Translations under genes and position numbers: made by a program | In this document: positions 62,498-64,000 of the stretch, in pieces | Layout: the number at the start of each line of letters is the position of its first letter | How positions within the stretch are numbered: the first letter of the stretch is position 1 | DNA from: Octopus bimaculoides | Lineage: Eukaryota | DNA length: 64,000 nt | Direction of reading: 5' to 3' | NCBI RefSeq assembly: GCF_001194135.2 | Contig: NC_068991.1 | Location: 73,252,057-73,316,056, forward strand | Notes under the pieces: generated by a model | What the model saw: only the letters and a program-made list of their open reading frames with translations | The model's database searches: none | What the model was told of the DNA's origin: nothing

Positions 62498-63005
62498 AAG
62501 TGGAAGAAGAGGAAGCAGAAGAAGAAGAAGAAGAAGAAGAAGAAGAAGAAGAAGAAGAAGAAGAAGAAGAAGAAGAAGAAGAAGAAGAAGAAGAAGAAGA
62601 AGAAGAAGAAGAAGAAGAAGAAGAAGAAGAAGAAGAAGAATCATAGACAAAGAAGAAGGAGAAGAAGAAGAATCATAGACAAAGAAGGAGAAGAAGAAGA
62701 ATCATAGACAAAGAAGGAGCAGAAGAAGAAGAAGAAGAAGAAGAAGAAGAAGAAGAAGAAGAAGAAGAAGAAGAAGAAGAAGAATCATAGACAAAGAAGA
62801 AGGAGAAGAAGAAGAATCATAGACAAAGAAGGAGAAGAAGAAGAAGAAGAAGAAGAAGAAGAAGAAGAAGAAGAGGAAGAATCATAGACAAAGAAGAAGA
62901 AGAAGAAGTAGAAGAAGAAGAAGAAGAAGAAGAAGAAGAAGAAGAAGAAGAAGAAGAAGGATGGTGATGATGATGATGATGAGGAGGAGGAGGAGGGGGA
63001 GGAAA
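62498..63005. repeat. (GAA)n tract and derived minisatellite, ending in (GAT)n(GAG)n
   Basis: About 41 pure GAA units (62518-62640), then six TCATAGACAAAGAAG anchors separated by variable GAA runs. Confidence 0.95.
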
Positions 63006-63686
63006 GACGGTGCCGCTGTAATGCTGACAGACACCAAATAATGAGACGTTAATTAAAGTGAAGAGATAAAAGTGAAAGGGATGGCTATAAATCTTTGTTC
63101 GTATTATTGGTGTGTTTATGACAGCCAGTCAACGATTCAGTTTATATTTCTCTTCAGCTAATAACAGCCAAGCGAGCCAGCCAGCCAGCCAGCCAGCCAG
63201 CCTTCCAGCCAGCCAGCCAGCCAGAATGATGGGAATGTGTATGTGTACGTGAAGGTGTGTTTTAGAGTGTGTGCTTATGGAGTGTATGCGCGTGTGNNNN
63301 NNNNNNNNNNNNNNNNNNNNNNNNNNNNNNNNNNNNNNNNNNNNNNNNNNNNNNNNNNNNNNNNNNNNNNNNNNNNNNNNNNNNNNNNNNNNNNNNNNNN
63401 NNNNNNNNNNNNNNNNNNNNNNNNNNNNNNNNNNNNNNNNNNNNNNNNNNNNNNNNNNNNNNNNNNNNNNNNNNNNNNNNNNNNNNNNNNNNNNNNNNNN
63501 NNNNNNNNNNNNNNNNNNNNNNNNNNNNNNNNNNNNNNNNNNNNNNNNNNNNNNNNNNNNNNNNNNNNNNNNNNNNNNNNNNNNNNNNNNNNNNNNNNNN
63601 NNNNNNNNNNNNNNNNNNNNNNNNNNNNNNNNNNNNNNNNNNNNNNNNNNNNNNNNNNNNNNNNNNNNNNNNNNNNNNNNNNNNNA

Positions 63687-63740
63687 GAATTTAACAAAAG
63701 GCAAAATACGAAGACGGGTGTGTAAACAACAATCAGATAT
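63687..63740 (-). mobile_element. Family C terminal fragment (no hammerhead visible)
   Basis: gaatttaacaaaaggcaaaatacgaagacgggtgtgtaaacaacaatcagat matches 33378-33430. Confidence 0.6.
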
Positions 63741-63964
63741 ATATATATATATTTATATGTGTGTGTGAGAGTGTGTGCATACATGTGTGTGTGTATGTGT
63801 ATGTGTATGTATACATATGTGTGTGTATGTGTGTCGGTGTGTGTGTGATTGCGTGTGTGTATACATATGCGTGTGTATGCTAATGTATGCATGTGTGTGT
63901 ATGTGTGTGATATTTGGACGATAGCTGATGGGAAAAGAGCGTATCAGCGTTTGTGTTTTAGTCT

Positions 63965-64000
<36 letters not shown>

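Noticed and set aside
61907-62707. Asp-rich and His-rich ORFs as a shell-matrix (aspein-like) gene
   Set aside because: They are split by stops and frame changes, with no signal peptide or splice structure, and are fully explained by trinucleotide repeats.
276-63892. Long ORFs in the track (e.g. 3776-4699, 8466-9676, 14817-16843, 31420-32493, 53250-53886, 63129-63892)
   Set aside because: They are open only because they run through N-gaps and (TA)n/(CA)n repeats (YIYI, HTHT, CVCV). They are not genes.

Overview
AT-rich eukaryotic (metazoan) draft-genome sequence that is almost entirely intronic or intergenic. It has 12 N-gaps (366-564, 3991-4568, 8699-9428, 11537-11586, 14305-14430, 15057-15461, 16119-16662, 26114-26513, 31474-32391, 36162-36990, 53446-53578, 63297-63685; about 5.3 kb), nearly all flanked by (TA)n/(CA)n microsatellites. 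The repeat content looks like an octopus genome (inference from recalled repeat families, not verified). I cannot recognise any complete protein-coding gene, rRNA, true tRNA or CRISPR array, and most listed ORFs are microsatellite or gap artefacts. Supportable content: (i) two abundant tRNA-headed SINE families, here called SINE-A and SINE-B; (ii) decayed LINEs of the CR1-like, RTE and R4/Dong (RLE) types; (iii) mariner and hAT transposase relics; (iv) several Penelope-like element (PLE) relics; (v) a few weak candidate exons. The most interesting signal is a set of minimal type I hammerhead-ribozyme motifs from two PLE-associated families. One family forms a ~240-bp palindrome with a hammerhead in each arm (44.4-44.7 kb). 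The other has a shared non-canonical CUGUUGA core (7.4 kb and 33.5 kb). SINE-B also looks like a mosaic, carrying part of SINE-A's central block and the 3' tail of the CR1-like LINEs present in this window. All alignments were done by eye, and repeat boundaries are approximate (about +/-10-20 bp).
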